This document shows, in pieces, positions 1 through 9,606 of a DNA stretch of 64,000 bases. The first letter of the stretch is position 1. Each line of letters begins with the position of its first letter. The notes beneath the pieces were generated by a model that worked only from the letters and a program-made list of their open reading frames with translations, had not been told where the DNA came from and searched no databases. The DNA lies in assembly GCA_965198045.1 (NCBI GenBank), contig CBDAOL010000011.1:130704-194703 (forward strand). Direction: 5' to 3'. The stretch comes from Dehalococcoidia bacterium (GTDB lineage Bacteria > Chloroflexota > Dehalococcoidia > UBA2979). The position numbers and the translations under genes were made by a program.

Positions 1-140
1 TCCGAACCGCAGCGATCCTCATGGTCGGCGGGCCGTGCGGCGTCCGGCTCGGCGGGAGACTCGTCGTGCGACGCGTCGGGCCTCGGGTGTTCCATGGTGG
101 CCTCGGAGGTTCTGCTCTGCGGCGCGCCGCGCACCGCCGC

Positions 141-1334
141 TCAGTTGCTCGAGCCCGAGCGTACGCTCTGCAGCTCCAGGAAGACGGCCGTCAGGGTCTC
201 GTCCGGCGGAAAGGCGTCGATGGTGGCACGCACGCTGGTCGAACCCTCGGCGTCCTCGAATAGCAGCACGGTTGCGAAGCCAAAGGCCCGGTCATCGGTC
301 ACGGACCAGCCCTCGGCGTCGATGACATCGCGCAGCGCCGTGCTGACGTCGGCGTTCGACTCGGTCGTGACGAGCGAGAGCTGGTAGATCGAACCTGCCG
401 CCTCCTGTTGCCATGAGAAGTTGAGGAGTACGGTGCCCGGGATCGCCAGGAACGGCGCAGGGAAGCTCGCCGGCAGCTCGCGCCCATGTGGGAGCGCAAA
501 GATCAGCTCCGGCGCAGTGAACGGCGGGCGGACCTCGAGGATGTAGGTCACCGTCGATGTCGCCTCGGCGCCTTCGCCGAGGGCTCGCGTGACCGCGGCG
601 ACTTCGGCGAGCGTCGCGACCGGCGTACCCGCGACCGAGACGATGCGGTCGGTCGGCTGCAGGCCGGAGTCGCTGGCCGTTCCGGGATCGAGCCGGATGA
701 TCACGATGCCCTCGCTGCGCTCCTCCAGCTCCGCCTCGAGGAGCGGCGCCGGCGCGCCCATCTCGAGCTCGAACGTCTGCTCCAGGCCATCGCGCACCAC
801 GACGACGTCGAAGGTGCCCTCCGCCGGCAGCGGCTGTACGACCGCGGTGCCATCGATGTCGCCCGAGACGGTGCTCTGGAAGCGCACGACGCCGATGGAG
901 TCGTTGGCCTGACCGCCGACCACCTGCCACGGTGTCTGGTCCAGCTGGTTGTCCAGCTCCGCGGCCACGGCGAAGTCAGCCTTCGGCACGTCGTAGATCA
1001 GCCAGATCAGGTTGATGCCGTTCGGACGCCGGATCAGGAACGAACCGACCAGCTCGCCATCCGGGTGCACCGGCAGCGAAATCAGGTCCGCCGGATCCGT
1101 GTCGTCGGTCATGCCGGGGTTGAGCAGCTGCGCCAGCCGAGGCGGCAGCGCACCCTCGTACGTCTCGACCGAGGCGCGTGCGTCCTCGCCGACTCGAATC
1201 CAGCGATCGGCGAGGTCGTTCGCACCGCCGGTGTCATCGTCGCCGCCACCGAAACAGGCCGCAGCGAGCACAGCGGCCAACATCACCGCGGCGAGGAGGG
1301 CCGCGCGCAGACCGCGCGGGCGGCGACGGCGCAT
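141..1334 (-). CDS. Secreted lipoprotein with central PDZ-like domain
   Basis: ORF 141..1499; likely start at MRRRRPRG (1334) followed by hydrophobic signal and AAAC lipobox; PDZ-like segment IVIIRLDPGTASDSGLQPTDRIVSVAGTPV; no catalytic triad recognised. Confidence 0.6.
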   Translation of the reverse strand: MRRRRPRGLRAALLAAVMLAAVLAAACFGGGDDDTGGANDLADRWIRVGEDARASVETYEGALPPRLAQLLNPGMTDDTDPADLISLPVHPDGELVGSFLIRRPNGINLIWLIYDVPKADFAVAAELDNQLDQTPWQVVGGQANDSIGVVRFQSTVSGDIDGTAVVQPLPAEGTFDVVVVRDGLEQTFELEMGAPAPLLEAELEERSEGIVIIRLDPGTASDSGLQPTDRIVSVAGTPVATLAEVAAVTRALGEGAEATSTVTYILEVRPPFTAPELIFALPHGRELPASFPAPFLAIPGTVLLNFSWQQEAAGSIYQLSLVTTESNADVSTALRDVIDAEGWSVTDDRAFGFATVLLFEDAEGSTSVRATIDAFPPDETLTAVFLELQSVRSGSSN

Positions 1335-1426
1335 GGAGAGACCTTTCACAGCGGTGGGCGCTCCACCATCGTAGCAGCGGCGGCATGGCCGGCCGCGTGC
1401 CGAGAACGCCGCGAGGGGTCGTGAGA

Positions 1427-1504
1427 TGGGGTGGGTGAGGGGATTTGAACCCCCGCTCTCCAGGGCCACAACCTGGCGCCTTAGACCGCTAGGCGACACC
1501 CACC
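1427..1504 (-). tRNA. tRNA-His (anticodon GTG), with encoded G-1 and 3' CCA
   Basis: Reverse complement folds as cloverleaf: G-1, acceptor GTGGGTG/CACCCAC, anticodon stem CCAGG/CCTGG with loop TTGTGGC (GTG), T-arm GGGGG-TTCAAAT-CCCCT, discriminator C then CCA. Confidence 0.85.
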
Positions 1505-1579
1505 ACCGCCGGTCGCAACCGGACGCCGATCGTAGCAGCGGGCGTCGCTACGCGGCGTCCGCCCGGACGCGCAGGACCG

Positions 1580-2080
1580 TCAGTCCTGGGCCAGGCGCCG
1601 GTATCCGCCGCGGTAGAAGAGGAGCGGCTCCGTGTCGGCGCCGTCGAGGCTGACCGAGGCGGCTTCGCCGATCACGATCGTGTGGTCGCCGCCGTCATAA
1701 CGCCCGGTGATGCGGCACTCAGCGCTCGCGACGATGCCCTCGAGGATCGGCGAGCCGAGGGGGCCGACGTGATATGGCAGCCCGCCGAGAGGCTCCTCCG
1801 GGCCGCCATGGCTGGCGAAGAGATTGGAGATGTCCTCCTGGTCAGACCCCAACACGTTCATGGCGAACACCTCGGCGCGATCGAAGTGCTCGTAGATCGA
1901 CGCGTCCTTCTGAACGCAGACCAGCAACAGCGGCGGGTCGAGCGAGAGCGATGAGACGGCGTTCGCCGTCATGCCACGCAGGTCACCATCGTTGTTGATC
2001 GTGATCACGGTGACCCCGGTGGCGAAGTGCCCCAGCACGTCGCGGAACCGCCGGCTGTCGAACTCAGTCTCGTCAGGCAT
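1580..2080 (-). CDS. Flavin reductase-like (NADH:FMN oxidoreductase, RutF/HpaC family)
   Basis: 166 aa; FRDVLGHFATGVTVIT...GMTANAVSSLSLDPPLLLVCV motif typical of the flavin reductase domain. Confidence 0.85.
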   Translation of the reverse strand: MPDETEFDSRRFRDVLGHFATGVTVITINNDGDLRGMTANAVSSLSLDPPLLLVCVQKDASIYEHFDRAEVFAMNVLGSDQEDISNLFASHGGPEEPLGGLPYHVGPLGSPILEGIVASAECRITGRYDGGDHTIVIGEAASVSLDGADTEPLLFYRGGYRRLAQD

Positions 2081-2223
2081 CGGACCCCCTGCGCCTCGGC
2101 GGAACGCTCCGCTGGCGGCGGCATCGTATCGGACGGTTATCGTCCCGGCGACCCGATCTATACTCGGCGCCGGACTTCCAGGACCGAGCGGGCCGCAGCG
2201 AGCGGCAAGGGCGGAGCACTCGC

Positions 2224-2896
2224 GTGCCAGTCATCACGGCGAACGGCATCGACCTCAACTACGAGCTGACCGGCGAGGGCGAACACACGATCGCCTGGAC
2301 GCATGGCATCGGCAGCTCGCTGGAGTACTGGCGCGACGACCTGCAGCACTTCCCGGAGTTTCGCCACCTCACCTACGACGTGCGAAGCATGGGCCAGTCG
2401 GAACGCGTCGAGGGTCCGGTCTCCCTCGAGCTATGGGCACAGGACCTGGCCGCACTCCTCGGCGCGCTCGCGATCCCGCAGGCGATCATCGCCGGATCCT
2501 CGATGGGTGGCGCGATCACGCAGCGCTTCGGCATCGACTTCCCGGAACTGACGGAAGGCCTGGTGATCCTCTCGACCTCCAGCCGCGTCGGGCCGGCCGC
2601 CGGCGAACTGGATGAAGCGTGCCGACGAGACCGAGCGCACCGACCCCTGCCTGGCCGCCGCGCAGCGCGCCGTCGCCGCCTACAACATGGACGAGGAGCT
2701 GGCGGGCATCCGCGTGCCGACTCTCGTGCTCTGCGGCGACCAGGACCAGACGACCCCGCCCGGCGGCTCCGTCATCATCTCGCGCTGCATCCCCGGCGCC
2801 GAACTCGAGATCTACGAGGGCGTGGCCCACGCACCATTCCACGAGGAACCCCGGTCGGTCGAACGCGCGCGAGAGTGGCTCGCGCAGTTTCTCTAG
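2224..2896 (+). CDS. Alpha/beta hydrolase (enol-lactonase-like), interrupted by a frameshift near 2600-2615
   Basis: N-terminal part in frame of ORF 2224 (HGIGSS..., GSSMGG nucleophile elbow); C-terminal part in ORF 2612..2896 (VPTLVLCGDQD...GVAHAPFHEEP); TGA in second frame at 2609 means the two halves cannot be joined without an indel. Confidence 0.8.
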
Positions 2897-2996
2897 GTGC
2901 TCCGGATCGCACCCGGCGCCGCTGCGAGGTGTGTCGTCGTTGGTACACTCGGAAGACCCCACCGTCCGTAGCCGATTCGTACGAGCGAGGTTGTGC

Positions 2997-3448
2997 ATGC
3001 GTTGTCCACGCGACGAGACTGACCTGATCGAGGAGCGCGTCCATGGCATCGAGGTGGACCACTGCCCCGTCTGCAACGGTCGCTGGCTCGACCATCACCA
3101 GCTCGACGAGCTGGAGGCCACGCGCGCCGCGCACGACGATCATCGCAGCGGCATGATCCAGTACGCAGAGCGCGACTCCGAGCTCAATTGCCCGGTCTGC
3201 GGGAAGCAGATGGTGGCGTTCAACTACCGCGCCTACAACGTCGAGGCTCGACAGCTGCGAGGACGAGCACGGGTTCTGGCTCGACGCCGGCGAAGAGGGT
3301 CGCGTCCGCGACATCATCGACGACCGCGTGAAAGGCCTGGGCCGCGCCGCCAAGGCCGAGGCCGCGTGGGATGACTTCCTCGATGGCGTCGGTGGCGGCA
3401 TGTGGGACACCGTCCGCGGCTTCTTCGGCGGTCGCAAGCGGCGCTAGC
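2997..3448 (+). CDS. Zinc-ribbon protein with two zf-TFIIB-like (CxxC...HGxWLD) modules; 1-nt frameshift near 3249
   Basis: MRCPRDETDLIEERVHGIEVDHCPVCNGRWLDHHQLDEL then CPVCGKQMVAFNYRAYNVE, continuing in +1 frame as LDSCEDEHGFWLDAGEEGRVRDIIDDRV...GGRKRR* (stop 3446-3448). Confidence 0.7.
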
Positions 3449-3495
3449 GAACCGCCCGCTCACCCGCTCCGCCGTCGAGGTGGCACACTCGATGC

Positions 3496-4906
3496 ATGAC
3501 CACGCCACCGCCGCCTGCTGCACCGGACGACGACGCCACCGTCGAGGACGCTGCTGACCTCGAGGGGCAGCGGCGCGAGCTGATCGCGCGCTACCTCGAC
3601 GACCCCGACCGGCGACGTCAGCGCGCTCGTCGATGCGGTCGCTGCGCTGCACCCGGCCGAGCTTGCCTCGATGCTGACGCGCCTGTCGGACGAGGACCGC
3701 GCAGCGATGCTGGCCGTGATCGACCACGTCGCGATCGCTGCGGCCATGGACTTCGTTGAGCCGCACTTCCGCGGCGACTTGTTGCAAGATGCACCGACGA
3801 CGGTCGTGACGGCCACCCTGCTCGTCGTCGGCGACGACATCGCGACCGACATCGTGCAGGAGCTCGCGGCGCCCGCCGCCGCAGCGGCGCTGGACGCGCT
3901 GCCGGCGGCGCGACGCGACGCGATCGAGGCGCTGCTCGACCACCCCGAGGACACCGCCGGCGGCCGCATGACCGGCCAGTTGATCACCGTCCCGCCCGAA
4001 CTCACAGTCGCCGGCACCCTCGACGCCCTGCGCAGCGCGAGCCCGGACCAGGAGCAGCCGTTCTACCTCTACGTCACCGACGAGCACCGACACCTCGAGG
4101 GGGTGCTGCGGCTGCGCGCGCTGATCGCCAGCGAGCCGGAGCGGCCCGTCGGCGAGCTGATGGACACCGAGCTGGTGACGGTGCAAGCGGATGTCGACCA
4201 GGAAGAGGCGGCGCGGCTGCTGAAGCAGTACAAACTGCTCGCCCTGCCCGTCGTTGATGAGCACGGCCATGTGATCGGCACCGTCACGGCCGACGACCTG
4301 CTCGATGTCCTCGAGGACGAGGCGACCGAGGACATGTTCCGCATGGTCGGCGTGAGCGAGGAGGAGGACCTGCGCGGGGTCTTCCGCTCCGTGCGCTACC
4401 GCCTGCCGTGGTTGCTCGTGAACGTGGTGGCCCTGCTGGGCGCCGCGTGGGTCGTCGCGCGGTTCGAGGACACGCTGACCCGCGTCGCCATCGTCGCGGC
4501 TTTCCTGCCGATGGTCGGCGGTCTCGGCGGCAACGCGGGGATCCAGACGCTGACCGTCGTCGTGCGCTCCCTGGCCCTCGGGCGGCTGGAGGCGAGCAGC
4601 GTCTTCCGCGTCGCGACGCGCGAGGTAGCGTCGGGCCTCGTGCTGGGGCTGATCATGGGCGCCACCGTCGGCGCCTCGACACTGCTCTGGGGCGAGCCGT
4701 GGCTCGGCCTGGTCGTGGCGCTGGCGCTGGTCGCGAACGTGGTCATCGGCGTGCTCGCCGGGGTGTTGATTCCGATGACCTTGGTGCGACTGAGGCAGGA
4801 TCCGGCGCTTTCCGCCAGCATCTGGCTGACCGCGATCACCGACCTCGCCGGCTTCGCCGGCTTCCTGGCGCTCGCAACGCTGCTGGTGGAGCGCCTCGAG
4901 GGCTGA
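3496..4906 (+). CDS. mgtE: Magnesium transporter MgtE (MgtE_N, CBS pair, MgtE TM domain); frameshift near 3605
   Basis: ORF 3496..3759 (…ARYLDDPD) continues in the next frame as GDVSALVDAVAALHPAELASMLTRLSDEDRAAMLAV (ORF 3671..4906); CBS pair and five C-terminal TM helices characteristic of MgtE. Confidence 0.85.
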
Positions 4907-4989
4907 GCGCCGGAGCCTGGGCGCGACCCCTCGGCGTGCTATAACGCCTCCGCGGTGCCCAAGGGCACCGTTCAGAACGGCGGTGCTCT

Positions 4990-5923
4990 GTGGCCGATCC
5001 CAACGCATCCTCGAACGGCGGACAGCTGCCGCCCGGCACGGTCGGCCAGGGCGCGATCGTCATCACCGGAGCGTCTACCGGCATTGGCGCCGCTTGCGCG
5101 CTGCGCATGGACCAGCGCGGCTACCGCGTCTTCGCCGGCGTGCGGCGCCAGGAGGACGGCGAGCGCCTGCGCTCGATGGCCAGCGACCGGCTGACGCCGC
5201 TGATGATCGACGTCACGAACCAGCGCTCGATCGATGACGCCGCGGCCGCCGTCGATGTCGCGACGGGAGACCACGGCGTCGCGGGGCTGGTGAACAACGC
5301 CGGCGTCGCCGTCACCGGCCCCGTCGAGTACCTCTCCGTCGACCGCTATCGGGAGCAGTTCGAGGTCAACTACTTCGGCCAGATCGCCGTCACGCAGGCG
5401 TTCCTGCCGGCGATTCGTCGCGCCGGCGGACGGCATCGTGACCATGGGCTCGATCGCCGGGCGCGCCAGCGCACCCTTCCTCTCGCCCTATGCCGGCACG
5501 AAGCACGCCTTGGAGGCGCTGACCGACTCGCTGCGTGGCGAGCTCGCTCCGTGGGGCATTCAATGTCGCCCTCATCGAGCCGGGGGCGATCAAGACGCCG
5601 ATCTGGGACAAGGGCATCGGAGCGCGCCGACGAGGTGATGGCGGAGATGCCGGAGGAGGCGATCAGCCGCTACGAGCCGTTCATCGAGCCCGTCAAGGAC
5701 TACGCCCGCGACGCCAACGAGAGCGGCTCCGAGGTGAGTAAGGTCGCCGATGCTGTTGAGCACCGCGCTGACGGCGAAGCGGCCGAAGACGCGCTACCTC
5801 GTCGGCATGGACGCCCGCATCCAGGCGACCGCGAAGAAGTGGCTGCCCGATCGCCTCGTGGACCGCCTGACGCGATCACAGCTCGGGTTGCCGAAGTCGC
5901 TTACCCCGCGACTGACGCCCTGA
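4990..5923 (+). CDS. Short-chain dehydrogenase/reductase (SDR), broken by at least three frameshifts
   Basis: TGASTGIGAA Rossmann motif and NNAG in ORF 4990; catalytic SxnYxxxK region (YAGTKHALEAL) sits in ORF 5438..5638; C-terminus …TRYLVGMDARIQATAKKWLPDRLVDRL recovered in a third frame ending 5921-5923. Confidence 0.75.
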
Positions 5924-6100
5924 CTTCGTCGCTCCCGGCTCGCGAAGAGCATCATCGCTATCTATGCAAGTGATTGCGGCGTGTAGCGCTGTTGGCCGTG
6001 GGATATCGCCGCCCTCTCGGGGTCCATCGCAACACCACATACATATCGCTATGCCGCCCTGACGACGCCGTTTCTAAGGTCGTCTGACGGAGGCTCCGCC

Positions 6101-6952
6101 ATGCGCATGTCACTTCTGGCGCTCGTCTGCGCCGCATTACTCCTTGCAGCCTGCACCTCGAATGGTGGCGATGACTCGCCCGGCACGCCTGAGGGCAATG
6201 CCACCGCGGTCACGACCGCGACGGCCGCCACCACCGCGGCCGGCGGCGACGCGACCGCCTCGGACGCACCGATTGACGACGGCGACGCGCCGGTCCTGGT
6301 GCAGCGGTTCATTGGCAACACGGGCGGTTCCGGTGTCGCCGTGCGTGACGCCTGCGCGCAGGACGCGCGCGCCGGCGGCGCCTGGCCGCAGGCCAGCGGC
6401 GTACTCGTACTCGAAGTGGGGACCGGGGGCTGCGACGGCTGGTCCTATGTGGCCCGCGACGGCTCCTCTGACGAATCCTGGGTGCGCAACGCGTACCTCG
6501 TGACCGAGCGACCGGCGGTTGTGGTTTCGCGGCTGCCCACGACCACGCCGACATCGCCGCCCGCGACCTCGACGAGCACGGTGCCGACGCCGGCTCCGAC
6601 GCAGGCGCCGATCACCTACCCGCAGATCTCGATCTCGCCGAATCCGCTGAGCTTCGGCGAGATCCCGCCGGGCCAGACCAGCACCCGGTCGATCCTGCTC
6701 TCGAACACCTCGACCGATCCGGTGACGATCACCTCGGTCGTCTTCGCCAACGGCGCGCACGTGTCGGCAGCGTTCGAGGTCACCTCGAACTGCGACGGTC
6801 AGACCGTCGCCGCCGGCGTGACCTGCCGCTTCGTGGCGCGGTTCACACCGCAGACCGGCGGTGAGCACTCGGCGACACTGGTCATCTCCTCGAGCAGCGC
6901 GACCGCCCCACTGACCGCGCTGGTCATCGGCACCGGTTACATCCCGGAGTAG
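6101..6952 (+). CDS. Secreted lipoprotein with C-terminal HYDIN/ASH-like (choice-of-anchor D type) beta-sandwich domain
   Basis: Signal peptide plus lipobox LLAAC; low-complexity T/A/P linker; C-terminal PNPLSFGEIPPGQTSTRSILLSNTSTDPVTITSVVFANGA...VTCRFVARFTPQTGGEHSATLVISS. Confidence 0.6.
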   Translation: MRMSLLALVCAALLLAACTSNGGDDSPGTPEGNATAVTTATAATTAAGGDATASDAPIDDGDAPVLVQRFIGNTGGSGVAVRDACAQDARAGGAWPQASGVLVLEVGTGGCDGWSYVARDGSSDESWVRNAYLVTERPAVVVSRLPTTTPTSPPATSTSTVPTPAPTQAPITYPQISISPNPLSFGEIPPGQTSTRSILLSNTSTDPVTITSVVFANGAHVSAAFEVTSNCDGQTVAAGVTCRFVARFTPQTGGEHSATLVISSSSATAPLTALVIGTGYIPE

Positions 6953-7077
6953 TCGTCGATCACTCGCGCGGGGCCGAGGCTGCGCGTGAGCGTGCCTACC
7001 GCGCGCTCCGGGAAGCGCTTCGGACGGTTCTGACGAGATCTTTACGGACGCAGACGCCGACCTAACCAACCACGGCC

Positions 7078-8226
7078 ATGTCACACCTGAGGGCGCGGGA
7101 TGCGCTCGTATCTACGACTCTGCCCGCAGGCCGGGTGAGTCGTCGGAGCTGGCGAATGCGCAAGGATCAGCGTTTCGCAATCCTTCGAGGCCGCGATGGC
7201 GGGCAGACGCTCGTGCTCGCCCCGCTGTTCCTCTTCCTCTTCCTGCTCGGAGCCACGCTGATCGTCGACCTCGGACGCGTCTATGTCGCGCGCCGGTCGG
7301 CCCAGGCGGCGGTCGACTTCGCGGCGCTGGCTGCGGCGCAGGAGCTGCCCCGCAGCGACCTGGAGTCGAACAGCGGCCAGATGGTCAGCGACGCCGTCTT
7401 CCAGGCGAACACGTACCTTCGCCTGAACGCTCATGACCCCTCGGCCACCGATGTGCTCGCGACAATCACGCCTTACTACGAGGGCGATGTCCGCAAGATT
7501 CGCGTCGAGGTCGAACGCGACCACTCGTGGGTCTTCGCCGGCTACTTCGGGATCCCGAACCCGACCGTCGGCGCGAGCGCCGTCGCCGAGGCCAACTCGA
7601 CGCCACGCGATGTGATGGTGGTGCTCGACCGCTCCGGCTCGATGTGCCTAGAATCGCACGGCGGCCCGATGTTCACATGCCCGGATCTCAGCGACAACGG
7701 CGACGGCGACAGCGACGACCCGGGAGAGCGCTGGGAGCCGTTCGACACCATGCGTGATGCGGCGAATGATTTCATCACCGCGTTCACTCCGGAGCTCGAT
7801 GGGCTGCCCTTCGACTTCCTCGGCCTCGTTTCGTACTCGAACACGGCGACGCTCGATGCCGGTCTGACCATCGATTACGGCGCGCCCGGTACGACGTATG
7901 AGGACGCCATCGAGTCGATGGTCCCGGCGGGTCGAACGAACATCGATCACGCGCTGGCCACGGCGCTCGATGAGATCGAGAACAACGGTCACTCCGGCGC
8001 AGTGCAGGCGATCTTGTTGCTCACGGACGGTGACGGCAACATCTACAACGCTGGCTCCAGGGGCGACCCAGACTTCAGAAACTGCTCGACGGGCTGTGGC
8101 GCCTCAAGGAATTACGCGCTGCTGCAGGCGCGGCTGGCGGCCAGCCAGGGCATCGCCCTCTACACGATCGGCTTGACCGACAACGCCGGCGCGCACTCGC
8201 TGTTCGCGGTGGAGCCCGGAGGCTAA
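7078..8226 (+). CDS. TadE/TadG-like Flp-pilus assembly protein fused to a von Willebrand factor A domain
   Basis: N-terminal TadE-like TM segment (GQTLVLAPLFLFLFLLGATLIVDLGRVYVARRSAQAAVDFAALAAAQEL); vWA MIDAS-like motif VMVVLDRSGSM and downstream LLTDGDGN. Confidence 0.7.
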   Translation: MSHLRARDALVSTTLPAGRVSRRSWRMRKDQRFAILRGRDGGQTLVLAPLFLFLFLLGATLIVDLGRVYVARRSAQAAVDFAALAAAQELPRSDLESNSGQMVSDAVFQANTYLRLNAHDPSATDVLATITPYYEGDVRKIRVEVERDHSWVFAGYFGIPNPTVGASAVAEANSTPRDVMVVLDRSGSMCLESHGGPMFTCPDLSDNGDGDSDDPGERWEPFDTMRDAANDFITAFTPELDGLPFDFLGLVSYSNTATLDAGLTIDYGAPGTTYEDAIESMVPAGRTNIDHALATALDEIENNGHSGAVQAILLLTDGDGNIYNAGSRGDPDFRNCSTGCGASRNYALLQARLAASQGIALYTIGLTDNAGAHSLFAVEPGG

Positions 8227-8269
8227 CCCGCCGCCCGGGCGTGCGGGAGCTAGATCAGCCCGATCGCTC

Positions 8270-9535
8270 TTGCCGAGTCCGCCACCCGATCCCGAGGTGT
8301 CGGCGCAGCGCACACCGGCGGGAGCCGGTACCCTCGCGCGGATGTTTCCGCGTACTGACGCCCAGGCCCGGCTGCTGCGGATCGCCGAGGAGCTCGCGCC
8401 GCGATTCGCGGAGCGGGCCGCTGCGCATGATCGCGCCGCCAGTTTCCCGCACGAGAACATCGAGGAGCTGCGCGCCTCGGGGTATCTCGCTGCGCCGGTG
8501 CCAGAGGAGTACGGCGGCCCCGGCCATGGCCTGACCGATGTGGCGCTGGCGCAGCTGGCACTCGCGCAGGGCGACGGTTCGACGGCGCTCTCGGTGGGCA
8601 TGCACCTCATGGTCGTGGGCACCGAGGCCTCGGCTCGCGGCTGGCCTGACTCGCTGCGCGAGCGCGTCTTTCGCGCCGCCGTCGATGATGGCGCGCTGGT
8701 CAACAACATCGCCGCCGAGCCGGAGCTCGGCTCACCTCGAGGCGGTGGCCGCCCGCAGACGATCCTCGAGCCGGCGGGGGAGGGTCGCTGGCGACTCACA
8801 GGACATAAGATGTTCTCGACGCTGTCCCCAGCGCTCACCTTCGCGGTCGTCTACGCCTCCGTCGAGGACGGCTCGAACGATGTCGCCCGACTGCTCCTGG
8901 ACTGGAGCGCGAGTGGCGTGCGCGTCGATGAAACCTGGGACGCGCTCGGCATGCGCGCCACCGGCTCGCACGATGTGTACTTCGACGGCGTCGAGGTGAG
9001 CGACGCTGACTTCCTCAGCCGGCGCGGCCCCGGATCGCCGGGGGGCGGTCCGCCGGGCAGCAGCGCGGCCGGGCAGGGCGGCGCCTGGTTCCCGCTGCTC
9101 GTGGCGGCCGCCAACCTCGGCGTCGCCGAGGCGGCGCGAGACTACGCCGTCGACTTCGCCCGCCACCGCCAGCCGACCGGCTACGCGGAGCCCATCGCCG
9201 CGATTCCCCACGTTCGCGAGCAGGTCGCGCGCATGGAAGCGGCCGACATGGCCGCGCGAGCGCTGCTGCTGACCACCACCGAGGATTGGGACGAGCACCC
9301 AGAGGCTCGTGGCGACCTCGGCGCCGCAGTCGCTGCCGCCAAGCGCCTGGCCACCAACACCGCGATCGACATGGTCGAGATCGCGATGCGCATCGTCGGC
9401 GGCGTCGCTCTCCACCGCTCCGAACCCCTCGAACGTTACTTCCGCGACGTGCGAGGCGGCCTGGTCAACCCCCCGATCGAGGCGCGCGCGCTCGAGCAAA
9501 TCGCGGCATCGGTCCTCGACCGGGAGCGCGAGTAG
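8270..9535 (+). CDS. Acyl-CoA dehydrogenase family protein
   Basis: 421-aa ORF, probable start at MFPRTD (8342); ACAD N-terminal, middle and C-terminal regions recognisable (…GSHDVYFDGVEV…, C-terminal helical domain). Confidence 0.8.
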   Translation: MPSPPPDPEVSAQRTPAGAGTLARMFPRTDAQARLLRIAEELAPRFAERAAAHDRAASFPHENIEELRASGYLAAPVPEEYGGPGHGLTDVALAQLALAQGDGSTALSVGMHLMVVGTEASARGWPDSLRERVFRAAVDDGALVNNIAAEPELGSPRGGGRPQTILEPAGEGRWRLTGHKMFSTLSPALTFAVVYASVEDGSNDVARLLLDWSASGVRVDETWDALGMRATGSHDVYFDGVEVSDADFLSRRGPGSPGGGPPGSSAAGQGGAWFPLLVAAANLGVAEAARDYAVDFARHRQPTGYAEPIAAIPHVREQVARMEAADMAARALLLTTTEDWDEHPEARGDLGAAVAAAKRLATNTAIDMVEIAMRIVGGVALHRSEPLERYFRDVRGGLVNPPIEARALEQIAASVLDRERE

Positions 9536-9606
9536 CGGATCCCCGTGACCCATTCCGGGGGGTGACTCGGGTAGGTGCCTCGATCCTTACACATTTTTAC
9601 AGGCAT

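Noticed and set aside
1-140. Short ORFs at the window start (21..263, 35..325, 94..387)
   Set aside because: They overlap the 3' end of the lipoprotein gene on the opposite strand, have no recognisable domains, and are truncated by the window edge.
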